In this document: positions 28,817 through 38,287 of the stretch, piece by piece
Layout: every line of letters begins with the position of its first letter
Numbering within the stretch: the stretch's first letter is position 1
Origin: Phycisphaerales bacterium PN19_bin_20
GTDB lineage: Bacteria; Planctomycetota; Phycisphaerae; Phycisphaerales; UBA1924
Direction of reading: 5' to 3'
Length of the DNA: 64,000 nucleotides
NCBI GenBank assembly: GCA_021173225.1
Contig: JAJOLK010000016.1
Coordinates: forward strand, 21,034-85,033
Program-made: the position numbers and the translations under genes
Notes under the pieces: generated by a model
Seen by the model: the letters and a program-made list of their open reading frames with translations, nothing else
Database searches by the model: none
What the model was told of the DNA's origin: nothing

Positions 28817-28913
28817 GGAATTCTGCGGAGCGTGGAGCTTTTCGCCGCGTCCTTGCGGCGTGTGTTCCATGGTCGGCGTCCGATGCCGACTCCGCGGAAA
28901 GGCTGTTGAATCG

Positions 28914-29444
28914 TCAGGGCTTGTGGCGGTTGGTCTCTTCGATGCGGGCAATCTTCTCAGGTAGGCGGCGGAAGCTCTCGGGGGCCTTGAGCTTCCAGGA
29001 TTCGAGCGGGTGGACTTCGATGCGGTTGCGGACGCCCACGACCATGACGTCTTTGGGCAGGGCGATGAGCTCCAGGTGGCGTTTGGGTAGAGTGAGGCGG
29101 ACCTCGGTGTCGGGGGCGATGCCCTCGGCCCAACCAAAGAGCTGGGCTTCGATCTCGGCGGCGTCCTCGCCGGGGGTCAGGCTGTTGGCGTAGGTGGCGC
29201 TAAGGGCCTCAAAGACATTCTGTGTGTAGATGCGAAGGTGGCCCGAGGGCCAGGGGATGCAGTACCAGACGGGCCCGTGGATTTCGGCGTTCCATTGGGC
29301 GCGAAATCGGGAAGGAATGGCCAGACGCCCCTTGGCGTCGATAGTCTGCTCAGACTGGCCTGTGAAGAGCACGCATGAACCTCGCTCGGTCGGCTCGGCC
29401 TTGGTCGAGGCGGGTCGCTTGGAAGATCGGCCCCGCCTCTGCAT
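28914..29444 (-). CDS. mraZ: Transcriptional regulator MraZ
   Basis: Two SpoVT/AbrB-like halves: TIDAKGRLAIPSRFR and RLTLPKRHLELIALPKDVMVVGVRNRIEVH. The start is uncertain and may lie nearer VLFTGQ. Confidence 0.85.
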   Translation of the reverse strand: MQRRGRSSKRPASTKAEPTERGSCVLFTGQSEQTIDAKGRLAIPSRFRAQWNAEIHGPVWYCIPWPSGHLRIYTQNVFEALSATYANSLTPGEDAAEIEAQLFGWAEGIAPDTEVRLTLPKRHLELIALPKDVMVVGVRNRIEVHPLESWKLKAPESFRRLPEKIARIEETNRHKP

Positions 29445-29660
29445 GGGATTATGCCCCACTTTGCCCCACAAAGCAACTCGGCCCCCCACTTCTTGACATT
29501 TTCGGGTTTAAGGCGGGTGATTTCGTGGGTGGGGTGTGGACAACCCGTCGTTTCATGCGCGGAGTAAGGGCTGAGCGGGGCTTGCGGTGACCAAATGAAA
29601 AAGCCCGGGCGCGGGCCCGGGCTTGGTGAGGACAACGAATTGTCGCTGCGCGAGGCGGGC

Positions 29661-30407
29661 TTAGCGGCGACGGCGCGTGGCGACGAGGCCGACAAGGGCG
29701 AGGGCGCCGGCGGCAGAGGGGGCGGGGATGTAGAGGTTGGCGGTCGGGACGGTGATGGGGTCGAAGGCGGCGTTGTCGTCAATGTCCCAGACGAGTTCGA
29801 GGCCGGAGAAGGTCGAGTTGTTGGCCCAATAAAAGAGATCGATGGGGTAGAGGCCGGGCTGGGTGATGTTGATGGAGGCGTAGGTGTAGGTGAAGGGGCG
29901 GTCGCCGTCGAAGCGTGAAACGTTCGTGTCGCCGAGGCGGAGGTCGAAGCCGTCGTCTGAGCCGACGCCGATGGTAAAGGTGCCGGTGACACTGAAGGCG
30001 AGCATGCCGGTGAGGCGGATGAGCAGCGGGCCTGAGGGGGTTGTGGCGGGATTGATGCCGACGACGGAGGCGGCGTCGTTGCCGAGGAAGCTTGAGAGCG
30101 GGTCGCCGACGTTGGAGTTTTGGCCGGCGCGTGGGTAGTCAACGCTGGAGGCGAGGAAGGTGGCGTTGGCGGTGTTGCTGGCGGCGTAAGTGAGGTTGGC
30201 GGCGAGGTTGCCGGTGGAGGGCGGGAGCCAGATCTGCCCGGGCAGGCCGGTGCCGGGGGTGCCGGTGACGGGCCCGACGCTGGAGGCGGCGGGGATGAAG
30301 ACTGTGGGCGTGGTGCCGGCGAGCGCGGATGTCGCGGCGAGCGCGACTATGGCCGTGCTCAATGCGGCGGCGCGCAGATGGGCGGCGCCAAGATTGGAAC
30401 GAATCAT
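29661..30407 (-). CDS. PEP-CTERM-anchored secreted protein with a PA14-like domain
   Basis: Signal peptide ...ALAATSALAG. GSDDGFDLRLGDTNVSRFDG...GLYPIDLFYW. The C-terminus IPAPSAAGALALVGLVATRRRR has PEP-CTERM-like topology (motif, TM, Arg cluster). Confidence 0.8.
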   Translation of the reverse strand: MIRSNLGAAHLRAAALSTAIVALAATSALAGTTPTVFIPAASSVGPVTGTPGTGLPGQIWLPPSTGNLAANLTYAASNTANATFLASSVDYPRAGQNSNVGDPLSSFLGNDAASVVGINPATTPSGPLLIRLTGMLAFSVTGTFTIGVGSDDGFDLRLGDTNVSRFDGDRPFTYTYASINITQPGLYPIDLFYWANNSTFSGLELVWDIDDNAAFDPITVPTANLYIPAPSAAGALALVGLVATRRRR

Positions 30408-30581
30408 GATGAGATCTCCCCTGGCGTCGGGCCGAGGTGATCGGCGCGAACGCAGAGGATTGGTGGGTGTAAGCCCACTGCAATCCCGCGAAACTCCGGG
30501 TCAGAACCTAAAGGAGGACTGCGGCTTTGCAAGCCAAAGAATCGACAATTCTGAGGGGAGAGGGAAACGCGCGGTGATGGT

Positions 30582-31034
30582 TTACTTAGCGTCAGCCGGT
30601 GGGGTGCTGACGGGCGGCTTGGCCTTGCGGAACTCGATCTTGGTGTCGGGCGGGAGCTTTTCGAGCTTGACTGCGAGCCAAGCGGGTGTGGAGTCCCACC
30701 AGACGCTCCAGGTCATGGTCACTTTGTCGCCGACTTTGAGCCCGGCGAGTGAGACGCCCTTGGCGGGCGGAAAGTCCATGATCATGGCGCCCATGCCCAC
30801 GATCTTGCCGGTGCGATCTTTGAAGTCATCGACGGCCTCATGGTGGGCGCGGAGCTCGGTTTTAGGGTCGCCCGGGATTGGGAGCGCATCGATGATCGCG
30901 CGGGTGACGTAGGTGGCGTCGGGCGTGCGGGCGGGTGGGTCGTACTGGCGGACCTCGGTGGGCGAGCGGCCACAGGCAGGCAGGAGCGCGAGGGTGATGG
31001 TGAGGGCGAGAGAGAAAAGCGTGAGATACCTCAT
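30582..31034 (-). CDS. Lipoprotein, CusF-like metal-binding candidate
   Basis: Lipobox LLPAC. HHEAV..F...MGAMIMDFP...LAGLKVGDKVTMTW resembles the CusF-type Met/His cuprous-binding fold. Confidence 0.55.
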   Translation of the reverse strand: MRYLTLFSLALTITLALLPACGRSPTEVRQYDPPARTPDATYVTRAIIDALPIPGDPKTELRAHHEAVDDFKDRTGKIVGMGAMIMDFPPAKGVSLAGLKVGDKVTMTWSVWWDSTPAWLAVKLEKLPPDTKIEFRKAKPPVSTPPADAK

Positions 31035-31099
31035 GCCTGAGGGTACGTGGGTGTGGGTGGATGAGTGCGGAAGTGGAGGAGGGATCGAGGGAGGAGGAA

Positions 31100-31215
31100 G
31101 GAGGGGTCGGGCCGTTGGCCCGATGGCCGATTGGAAACCGGCTTCTTAGAGGGCAAAGACATGGCAGGATGGAATCCTGCCCCACGCGAGGCGAAGAGAT
31201 GGCCGATTGGAAATC
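31100..31215 (-). repeat. REP-like family 1 element (reverse orientation) flanked by duplicated CCGATTGGAAAYCGG hairpins
   Basis: GGCAGGATggaATCCTGCCCCACGCGAG at 31163-31190. gatggccgattggaaa(c/t)cgg occurs at about 31112 and about 31198. The region lies downstream of the peroxiredoxin gene. Confidence 0.75.
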
Positions 31216-31265
31216 GGGCCCACCCGGCGGGTAGTAGGGGCAAAGAGGATGCGGGGCCGCGCGGG

Positions 31266-31742
31266 TTAGGCCATGGCCTCAAGAACTTGCTCGAGGCTGA
31301 AGGCGTTGGGAATGTCGCGCTTTTGGGCCCACTTGACGGTGCCGTTGGCGGCGACGATGACGGTGCCGCGTGAGGCGATGTTCATGTCGGGCCAGTAGAG
31401 CCCGTAAGCCTTGCAGACGTGGCGGTGCATGTCTGAAAGGAGCGTATGGGTAAGGCCGATCTGGGTCTTCCACGCGCCGAGCGCGGGGCCTGAGTCGCAC
31501 GAGATGCCGACGACGGCAGAGCCCTTGGCGGTGAGCTTGGCGAGCTCTTTGGTGATGCACTCCATCTCGGTGCCGCAGACGCCGGTGAAGGCCATGGGGA
31601 AGAAGGAGAGGACGACGTCGCCTTTCTTGAGTTCGTCGGCGAGCTTCCAGGTCTCGCCGCGGACGGTGGTGGGGAGCTCAAAGAGCGGGGCGTGTGTGCC
31701 GGGGGTGATGAGAGTGTCGCGCGGGGTGAGGGTGGTTGACAT
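31266..31742 (-). CDS. Peroxiredoxin (AhpC/TSA / redoxin family)
   Basis: GDVVLSFFPMAFTGVCGTEM (peroxidatic Cys motif), 158 aa. Confidence 0.85.
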   Translation of the reverse strand: MSTTLTPRDTLITPGTHAPLFELPTTVRGETWKLADELKKGDVVLSFFPMAFTGVCGTEMECITKELAKLTAKGSAVVGISCDSGPALGAWKTQIGLTHTLLSDMHRHVCKAYGLYWPDMNIASRGTVIVAANGTVKWAQKRDIPNAFSLEQVLEAMA

Positions 31743-31920
31743 GGTGTGCTCTGTGTGTGCGTTGCGCGGTGTGCCGATGAGGGCCGTTGTGGGCTGCTGG
31801 GGGCTGCTGGGGGCTGTGGGTGGGTCGGGGCGAGGATAGCTCGATGGGGCTCGCTGGTCGGGGCGATGTCGTTGGTTCCGGCGCGTACACGGGCGCGGCG
31901 GGGTTCTCTATACTGGGCGC

Positions 31921-32790
31921 ATGGCGAGCACGGACCAGCGGCAGGGTGCGGAGACGGGTGCTGACTCACTGCGCGAGCGGTACGAGCGGGTGATGTCGAA
32001 CGTTTCGGTCTCGGCGCGGCGTTCGGGGCGGGCGGCGTCTGAGGTCGTGGTGGTGGCGGTCAGCAAGTACGCCGACATCGACGCCGTGCGCGAGCTGGTG
32101 GGCTATGGGCACCGCGACTTTGGCGAGAATCACGTGCAGTCGATCGTGCAGCGTGCGGCGGTGATCGACGAGTGGTGGGCGCGGAGCAAGGCGCTGCCGA
32201 GCGTGCGTCCGCCGAAGGTAGCGCCTGTGCGTTGGCACATGATCGGGCCGATACAGCGCAACAAGGTGCGCAAGGCGGTGGAGCTGTGCCGGCTGATCCA
32301 TTCGTGCGACAACCTGCGGGTGATCGAGGACGTGCAGCAGGCGGCGAACCGGCTGAAGGTCATGAGCGACGTGCTGTTGCAGGTCAATACCTCGGGCGAA
32401 GAGGGCAAGTCTGGCTGCGCGCCGGCGGCGGCGATGCACCTGATCGAGATGGTCGAGACGATGGTGAATGTGCGGGTGCGCGGGATGATGACCATGGCGC
32501 CCTACGGCGAGGATCCCGAGCGGGCCCGCCCGGCGTTTGAGCGTCTTCGTGAGCTGTTCGAGGAGGCCCGGCGGATTGGGCTGGGCGGCGAGCACTTCAA
32601 CATCTTGAGCATGGGGATGAGCGGGGATTATCAGGTCGCCATCGAGGAAGGCTCGAACATGGTGCGGGTGGGGTCTGGGATCTTTGGTGAGGGGCGGGCT
32701 GAGGGGACCGGCGCGGGCGAGGACGAAGAGACACGCCGCGATGAGCCGCAGTCGGGGGCGTCAGCGACCGATGAAGGCGGGGACGACTAA
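31921..32790 (+). CDS. yggS: YggS-family pyridoxal-phosphate homeostasis protein with a charged C-terminal tail
   Basis: VVAVSKY, FGENHVQ, WHMIGPIQRNKV, LLQVNTSGEEGKSG, LSMGMSGDYQVAIEEGSNMVRVGSGIFG. Confidence 0.88.
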   Translation: MASTDQRQGAETGADSLRERYERVMSNVSVSARRSGRAASEVVVVAVSKYADIDAVRELVGYGHRDFGENHVQSIVQRAAVIDEWWARSKALPSVRPPKVAPVRWHMIGPIQRNKVRKAVELCRLIHSCDNLRVIEDVQQAANRLKVMSDVLLQVNTSGEEGKSGCAPAAAMHLIEMVETMVNVRVRGMMTMAPYGEDPERARPAFERLRELFEEARRIGLGGEHFNILSMGMSGDYQVAIEEGSNMVRVGSGIFGEGRAEGTGAGEDEETRRDEPQSGASATDEGGDD

Positions 32791-32986
32791 GGGCCTTTGG
32801 ACGTGCCGCGGTGCTCGGGCTGTGTGGGGCTTGCGGGCATTGGTTGGGCGGGCGTGACGGGGGCGGCCTTGCGCGTGGGCTGGCCGGGGTTTTCTCGGAC
32901 CGGGCGCGGGGCGTGGTGTTACCGTTGACAGTTTGATGCGGGCCGGTGCCCGCGGGAAGCTCAGACACGAGAGGAACCGGACGCAC

Positions 32987-35659
32987 ATGGCGCATCGCAC
33001 GCACGTTTCGTTGAGCCCCAGCCAGGCACGTATCCAGAGCTTCCGGGTGGTGCCTTATCTGCCTGAGCCGCTGCGGCCGCTGATGGACATTGCCCAGAAC
33101 CTGTGGTGGACTTGGAACCACCAGGCGGTAGCGCTGTTTGCGCGGCTGGACCGCGAGCTGTGGGAGTCAACGGGTCACAACCCGGTGAAGATGCTGGGCG
33201 CACTGGCGCAAGAGAAGCTTGACAAGGCGGCGACGGACCGCAGCTACCTGCACGCGGTGAGCACGGTGCACGCGCAGCTCAGCGAGCACGTGACGGGGCG
33301 CGGGTGGTTTGCGAGCGTCTCGCCGCAGGCGGCGGCGGGCGTGGCGGGGACGGCCAAGCCGTTCCGTGTCGCGTACTTCTGCGCGGAGTTCGGGCTGACC
33401 GAGTGCTTCCAGATCTATTCGGGGGGGCTTGGCGGGCTCTCGGGGGATCACCTCAAGAGCACCAGCGAGCTGGGCATTCCACTGGTGGCGGTGGGCCTGC
33501 TGTACCGCAAGGGCTACTTCCATCAGTACCTGAACCCGGACGGCTATCAGCAGGAGTTCTACCCGGACATTGACGCGGCGAATCAGCCTGTGTCACGGGT
33601 GATGGACGTGAAGACCGGCAAGCAGAAGACGGTGTATGTGCAGCTGCCGGGGCGGCAGGTGGCGGTGGGCATCTGGCGGTGTGACGTGGGGCGCGTGCCG
33701 CTGTATCTGCTGGACACGAACCTGCCTGAGAACACGCGCGAGGACCGCGACATCACGATGAACCTTTACGGGGGCGACGTCGAGACGCGGATCAAGCAGG
33801 AGATCGTGCTGGGCATCGGCGGCGTGAAGGCCCTGGCGCTGGTGGGCGAGGACCCGACGGTCTTTCATATCAACGAGGGGCACGCGGCGCTGTTGGCGCT
33901 GGAGCGGATCACGCGGCTGCGCGAGAGCACGGGGCTGAGCTTTGACCAGGTGCGCGAGGCGGTGGCGGCGAGCTGCGTGTTCACGACGCACACGCCGGTG
34001 CCGGCGGGGATCGACCGCTTCCCGCCGCGGCTGATCGAGCAGTACTTCGGGCACATGCTGCCTGCGCTGGGGCTTGACCTTGAGGGGCTTTTGGCGCTGG
34101 GGCGTGAGAACACGGCGGACCAGCGCGAGTTCTTCAGCATGGCGGTGCTCGCGCTGCGAACGAGCCGGTTCTGCAACGGGGTCAGCGAATTGCACGGCGC
34201 GGTGAGCCGTGGCATGTGGAAGCACATGTGGCCCGGTACGCCCGAGGGTGAGGTGCCTATCGGGCACGTGACCAACGGCGTTCACGCGCGGACGTGGCTG
34301 AGTTCTGACATGGTCAAGCTGTACGACCGGTACCTTGGCGACCGCTGGCGGAGCGACCCGCACGACCCGGCAACCTGGCTGGCGATCGACGAGGTGCCGG
34401 ATGAGGAGTTGTGGGCGACGCACAACCGTCGGCGTGAGAAGATGGTGGCGTGGGTGCGCCGTCGCGTGCGTCAGCAGCTAACGGCGCGCGGCGCGGGGGC
34501 GCTGGAGATTGAGAAGGCCGCGGGCGGGCTGGACGCGAACATTCTGACCATCGGCTTTGCACGGCGGTTCGCGACGTACAAGCGCGGGACGCTGCTGTTC
34601 CGCGACCAGGAGCGGCTGCTGGCGCTGCTGCGCGACCCGACGCGCCCGGTGCAGCTAATCATCGCGGGCAAGAGCCACCCGGCCGACGGCGGCGGCAAGC
34701 AGCTGATCCGTGACATCATCGACTTTGTCCGCAAGTTCAACGTGCAGCACCGCGTCGTGTTCCTTGAGGACTACGACATGGACACGTGCCGACGAATGGT
34801 GCAGGGCTGCGACATCTGGCTCAACACGCCGATCCGCGGGCTGGAGGCCTCGGGCACCAGCGGGATGAAGGCGGCGATGAACGGGTGCATGCACTGCTCG
34901 ATCTTGGACGGCTGGTGGGCGGAGGCGTTTGACCCCGAGGTGGGCTTTGGGATCGGTCGTGGCGAGAGCTACGACGACCAGCCTCGCGAGGTGATGGACG
35001 ACATCGAGGGGCGAAGCCTGCAGCACGTGATCCAGAACCGGATCGTGGCGGAGTTCTACGACCGCGACGAGTCCGGGCTGCCGCGGCGCTGGATCACGCG
35101 GATGAAGCGTTGCATCAAGGCGCTGGCGCCGGCGTTCAACACGCACCGGATGCTGCGCGATTATGTGCGTCAGTACTACCTGCCGGCGCACAACATCTCG
35201 TCACGCCTGATGGCGGGCAACCTGGCGCAAGCGCGTGAGCTGTCTGACCACGTGGACCGTTACCGCGCGTTCTGGCACCAGGTGCGGGTCGAGGGCTCTA
35301 GCAGCCAGGTGGCGCAGGCCGGCAGCGTGAGCGTGCGGAGCCTGGTGCGCGTGCTGGCGCGGGTCCAGCTTGGCGAGCTGATCCCCAGCGAGGTGAGCGT
35401 GCAGCTTTACCACGGGCCGCTGAACGCGCTAGGTGAGATGCTCACCGGCGAGTCGATCACGATGCAGCACGCCGAGGAGCTGGGCGGCGGCGGGCACGTG
35501 TTTGTCGGGGCGTTTGCGCCCAGCAGCAGCGGGAGCCACGGGTACTCGGTGCGGGTGGTGCCGCACGACGACCGGCTGGTGACGCCGTTCCTACCCGGGA
35601 TGATCACGTGGGACTTCCACCCGACGGAGCAGCCAGCAGAGGTGGTTGCGGCGGTGTGA
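32987..35659 (+). CDS. glgP: Alpha-glucan phosphorylase (GT35, alpha-glucan family phosphorylase)
   Basis: LPEPLRPLMDIAQNLWWTWN (DUF3417-type N-terminus), YSGGLGGLSGDHLKS, HINEGHAA, and GKSHPAD..GK / EASGTSGMKAAMNG (PLP site). ATG 32987 is preceded by GAGGAA. Confidence 0.9.
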   Translation: MAHRTHVSLSPSQARIQSFRVVPYLPEPLRPLMDIAQNLWWTWNHQAVALFARLDRELWESTGHNPVKMLGALAQEKLDKAATDRSYLHAVSTVHAQLSEHVTGRGWFASVSPQAAAGVAGTAKPFRVAYFCAEFGLTECFQIYSGGLGGLSGDHLKSTSELGIPLVAVGLLYRKGYFHQYLNPDGYQQEFYPDIDAANQPVSRVMDVKTGKQKTVYVQLPGRQVAVGIWRCDVGRVPLYLLDTNLPENTREDRDITMNLYGGDVETRIKQEIVLGIGGVKALALVGEDPTVFHINEGHAALLALERITRLRESTGLSFDQVREAVAASCVFTTHTPVPAGIDRFPPRLIEQYFGHMLPALGLDLEGLLALGRENTADQREFFSMAVLALRTSRFCNGVSELHGAVSRGMWKHMWPGTPEGEVPIGHVTNGVHARTWLSSDMVKLYDRYLGDRWRSDPHDPATWLAIDEVPDEELWATHNRRREKMVAWVRRRVRQQLTARGAGALEIEKAAGGLDANILTIGFARRFATYKRGTLLFRDQERLLALLRDPTRPVQLIIAGKSHPADGGGKQLIRDIIDFVRKFNVQHRVVFLEDYDMDTCRRMVQGCDIWLNTPIRGLEASGTSGMKAAMNGCMHCSILDGWWAEAFDPEVGFGIGRGESYDDQPREVMDDIEGRSLQHVIQNRIVAEFYDRDESGLPRRWITRMKRCIKALAPAFNTHRMLRDYVRQYYLPAHNISSRLMAGNLAQARELSDHVDRYRAFWHQVRVEGSSSQVAQAGSVSVRSLVRVLARVQLGELIPSEVSVQLYHGPLNALGEMLTGESITMQHAEELGGGGHVFVGAFAPSSSGSHGYSVRVVPHDDRLVTPFLPGMITWDFHPTEQPAEVVAAV

Positions 35660-35743
35660 GAGCAGCGGGAGGCGACGAGCGGCGAGGGTCGTTCCTGCGG
35701 CCCGATTTTCGGTTGAAACCGGACCCGCGGAAGGAAAAGGCAT

Positions 35744-35771
35744 GGCAGGATGAAATCGTGCCCCACGCGAG
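35744..35771 (-). repeat. REP-like family 1 element, slightly degenerate copy
   Basis: GGCAGGATgaaATCGTGCCCCACGCGAG, preceded by the ccgattttcgg hairpin. It lies between convergent glgP and the metalloprotease gene. Confidence 0.7.
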
Positions 35772-35800
35772 GCACTAGGTGTGTGGAGCACCCGCCTGGC

Positions 35801-35836
35801 AAAACGCAAAGAGGGCGGGTTGCAGAACCCGCCCTT
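35801..35836 (-). terminator. Rho-independent terminator of the metalloprotease gene
   Basis: The minus strand reads GGGCGGGTT-CTGC-AACCCGCCC followed by TCTTTGCGTTTT. Confidence 0.75.
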
Positions 35837-35857
35837 CGAGAGCCAGAGGTAGACGCT

Positions 35858-38125
35858 TTAGCACCCGGTGGTGAAGCGGCCGATGAACAAGATGATGTCG
35901 TCGGCGGTGCGTTCGCCGTCGGGCGTTGTTGAGCCGCCGGGCCCGCCGATGTCGGCGATAGGGCTGTTGGCGGTGAAGCGGTTGATGAAGAAGATGACGT
36001 CGTCGGCGGTCAGCTCGCCGTCAAACCCGTCGAGCACGCCGGGGCCCGAGACGTCTGAGAGGGTACAGCGCTGGGTGTTGCGGACGAGGTTTGCGGCGGG
36101 GATTGGGGCCTTGGTGACGCCCGGGCCCTGCCAGCGGACGATGAGGCCCGCGCCGCCGCCAGCCTCGAAGAACTCAACGCGGAGTGCGTGACGGCCAGCG
36201 CGGAGGTTGATGGCGCCGGACTGCTCGACCATGCCGTGGAGCCCGTCGTTGTTGACCACGCGCTCGGTGCCGATGAACAAACGCGAGCCGTCGTCAGACT
36301 CAGTAAAGAGGGTGTAGAGCCCGTCGGTGGGGACGACGACGAAGCCGGTGTAGACGGCGCCGACGTTATCAGCGCGGCCAGAGTCGCTGAAGTTGCCGTT
36401 GCTAGTGGCGATATTGATATTGGCGGCGATGGTCGTGAGGTAGGGGGTCAAGGCGGCGTAGTTGGGCAGCACGCTGGGGGCGGTGGTAAAGGCGTAGAAG
36501 TTGACGTCCAGGCTTGGGCGGAAGTAGGGCGGGTTCTCAGGGTTGCGGGAGGTAAGGCTGGTGACGGTGATGGTGGCGGTGGCGGTGCGGGCGCCATCGG
36601 TGATGGTGTAGTTGAACGGGTCGGTCCCGGTGAAGGCGACGGGGGCAACGTACTGGAGCAGGTCGCGTCCGTTGGGGCCAGCGCCGGTGAGGCGCGTGAC
36701 GGTCGCGCCGCGCGGGGTGGGGTTGGGGAAGGCGGAGATAATGACGGCCTGGCAGTTGCCGTCAAAGTCGTTGATGAGTGGATCGATGTTGATGGTGCCG
36801 CCGCCAGCGACGGCGACGGCGTCGTTGACGGCCCGCGGGTCAACCGGGTTGGTGGGCGGGGTGGTCAGCGTGAGGCACGCCTCGCTCGGAAGGTTGCTGC
36901 GGATGGAGTTGACCGAGCGCGCGCCGAAGCGGGTCAGGTTGCCCGAGCACCCGCCCAGGCCTGAGCACATGATGGCGCAGTCGGAGTCGGGTTCGCAGTG
37001 GCTTGCGTTGAGGTTGTGGCCAATCTCGTGGGCGACGAGCCCGACGCGGCTCTGGAGGTTGGCGGTGAAGCGGGCCTGCGAGACGCCGAAGCCGACGCTG
37101 CCACAGGCGGCGTTGAGATAGGCGATGCCGATGGTGGAGCCGTCCAGGTTGCGTCCGGTGAAGAGGTGGACGAGGTCACGGGTGACGGCGGTGCGGTTGG
37201 TCAACCATTCAGATCGGAACTGGCCGAGCAGCGTGCCGGCGGCGGTGGTGGTGTATGGGTCTGCGGTCTCGCGGACCAACGAGTTGACGATGACGGGGAT
37301 GACCGTCAGGTCGCGCTGATAGATCAGCGCCATGATGTTGATGATGCTCTCGATGTCGGCGATGGTTGTCGCGACGACCGACCCGTTAGCTTCGTAGTAA
37401 GGGAAGTCGGCCTCAACCGCGAGCTCAAGCTGACGAACGCAGGTGGGCGAGACGCTGCCCTTGGGCGCGCCCTGGGCCAGAGCACCCTGAATGGCCCCGC
37501 CGCACAGCGCGGCCTGCGCGAGCGGGCGGAGCTGGTCGGCGCGGTGCGTGACGTGCGTGCCGGGGATGAGCTGGGCGGCCAGTTCTGAGCTCCGGGGCAC
37601 GAGATCGGCGGCGGGTTGGAGGAAGTATGTGCGGTCGGTGCCGTCGGCATCGATGCCCAGGTCAATCATCGCGCGGACGCCGGTAGGGACCACCGAGAGC
37701 CGGACGGCCGAGCCGGCCAGGCCCGCGATGACGCCGGCGTAGTGCTGCTGGGGCGGCGCGATGGCGGGGCGGGCGACGCCGTCGGTGATGACGGTGGCGG
37801 TGTAGTTGGGGGCGCGCAGGGCGATGGGCTCGAGCATGAGCAGGACGTCGCGCCCGTCGATGCGAACCACAAGGGTGAAGGGCGCGGGCAGGTCGGTCGC
37901 GCGTGCGCCGGCGGCGGGCTTTGGCGCGTCAGGCAGGACCTGCACGTCGCCTGTGAAGACGCCGGCCTGGCGCAGCAGGCGCGGGGCGAGGTCGGCAAGC
38001 CTTTGGGCTTGGTCGAGAGGGGCTTGGTCGAGAGGGGCTTTATCGGCGCGGGCGTGAGCCGTGGCGCAGAGCGCGCTGACAAGCGCAATAGCGGCAAGAA
38101 CAGAACGCTGCACACGTGTAGGCAT
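35858..38125 (-). CDS. Secreted reprolysin-like zinc metalloprotease with cadherin-like and PA14 domains and a GC-type twin dockerin-like C-terminus
   Basis: Signal peptide MPTRVQRSVLAAIALVSALCATAHA (ATG 38125). VGLVAHEIGHNLNASHC (HExxHxxxxxH). VNDAVAVAGGGTINIDPLINDFD. PA14-like DDGSRLFIG...LRVEFFEAGGGAGLIVRWQGPG. C-terminus CTLSDVSGPGVLDGFDGELTADDVIFFINRF...ADIGGPGGSTTPDGERTADDIILFIGRFTTGC. Confidence 0.88.
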   Translation of the reverse strand: MPTRVQRSVLAAIALVSALCATAHARADKAPLDQAPLDQAQRLADLAPRLLRQAGVFTGDVQVLPDAPKPAAGARATDLPAPFTLVVRIDGRDVLLMLEPIALRAPNYTATVITDGVARPAIAPPQQHYAGVIAGLAGSAVRLSVVPTGVRAMIDLGIDADGTDRTYFLQPAADLVPRSSELAAQLIPGTHVTHRADQLRPLAQAALCGGAIQGALAQGAPKGSVSPTCVRQLELAVEADFPYYEANGSVVATTIADIESIINIMALIYQRDLTVIPVIVNSLVRETADPYTTTAAGTLLGQFRSEWLTNRTAVTRDLVHLFTGRNLDGSTIGIAYLNAACGSVGFGVSQARFTANLQSRVGLVAHEIGHNLNASHCEPDSDCAIMCSGLGGCSGNLTRFGARSVNSIRSNLPSEACLTLTTPPTNPVDPRAVNDAVAVAGGGTINIDPLINDFDGNCQAVIISAFPNPTPRGATVTRLTGAGPNGRDLLQYVAPVAFTGTDPFNYTITDGARTATATITVTSLTSRNPENPPYFRPSLDVNFYAFTTAPSVLPNYAALTPYLTTIAANINIATSNGNFSDSGRADNVGAVYTGFVVVPTDGLYTLFTESDDGSRLFIGTERVVNNDGLHGMVEQSGAINLRAGRHALRVEFFEAGGGAGLIVRWQGPGVTKAPIPAANLVRNTQRCTLSDVSGPGVLDGFDGELTADDVIFFINRFTANSPIADIGGPGGSTTPDGERTADDIILFIGRFTTGC

Positions 38126-38233
38126 CTGGGGCTCCGGAGACTGTGGCGGCCCAAAGCGCGGCGCGCCAGCGTTAAAACAGATCACGATCCCAAGCGATAC
38201 CAACCCCCACGCCCCACAAGATCCACACGCCCC

Positions 38234-38287
38234 ACGAGCCATACGAGCACCACGAGCACCACGAGCACCACCAGCACCACAAGCTCC
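38234..38287. repeat. Six copies of a 9-bp tandem repeat (ACGAGCACC-like) upstream of the metalloprotease gene
   Basis: acgagccat acgagcacc acgagcacc acgagcacc accagcacc acaagctcc, 110-160 bp 5' of the chosen start codon. Confidence 0.8.

Noticed and set aside
28058-29137. 359-aa minus-strand ORF spanning the carbonic anhydrase 3' end, the non-coding region and part of mraZ
   Set aside because: It crosses a strong terminator hairpin and the family-2 repeat, overlaps two supported genes, and has a Pro/Arg/Ser-rich product.
35868-36191. Short ORFs beginning M..MMSSAVSSPSG (also 19543-19776, 38435-38851, 56986-57264, 62512-62895)
   Set aside because: These are antisense readings of the conserved DGELTADDII dockerin-like motif. 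They recur only because the sense motif recurs.
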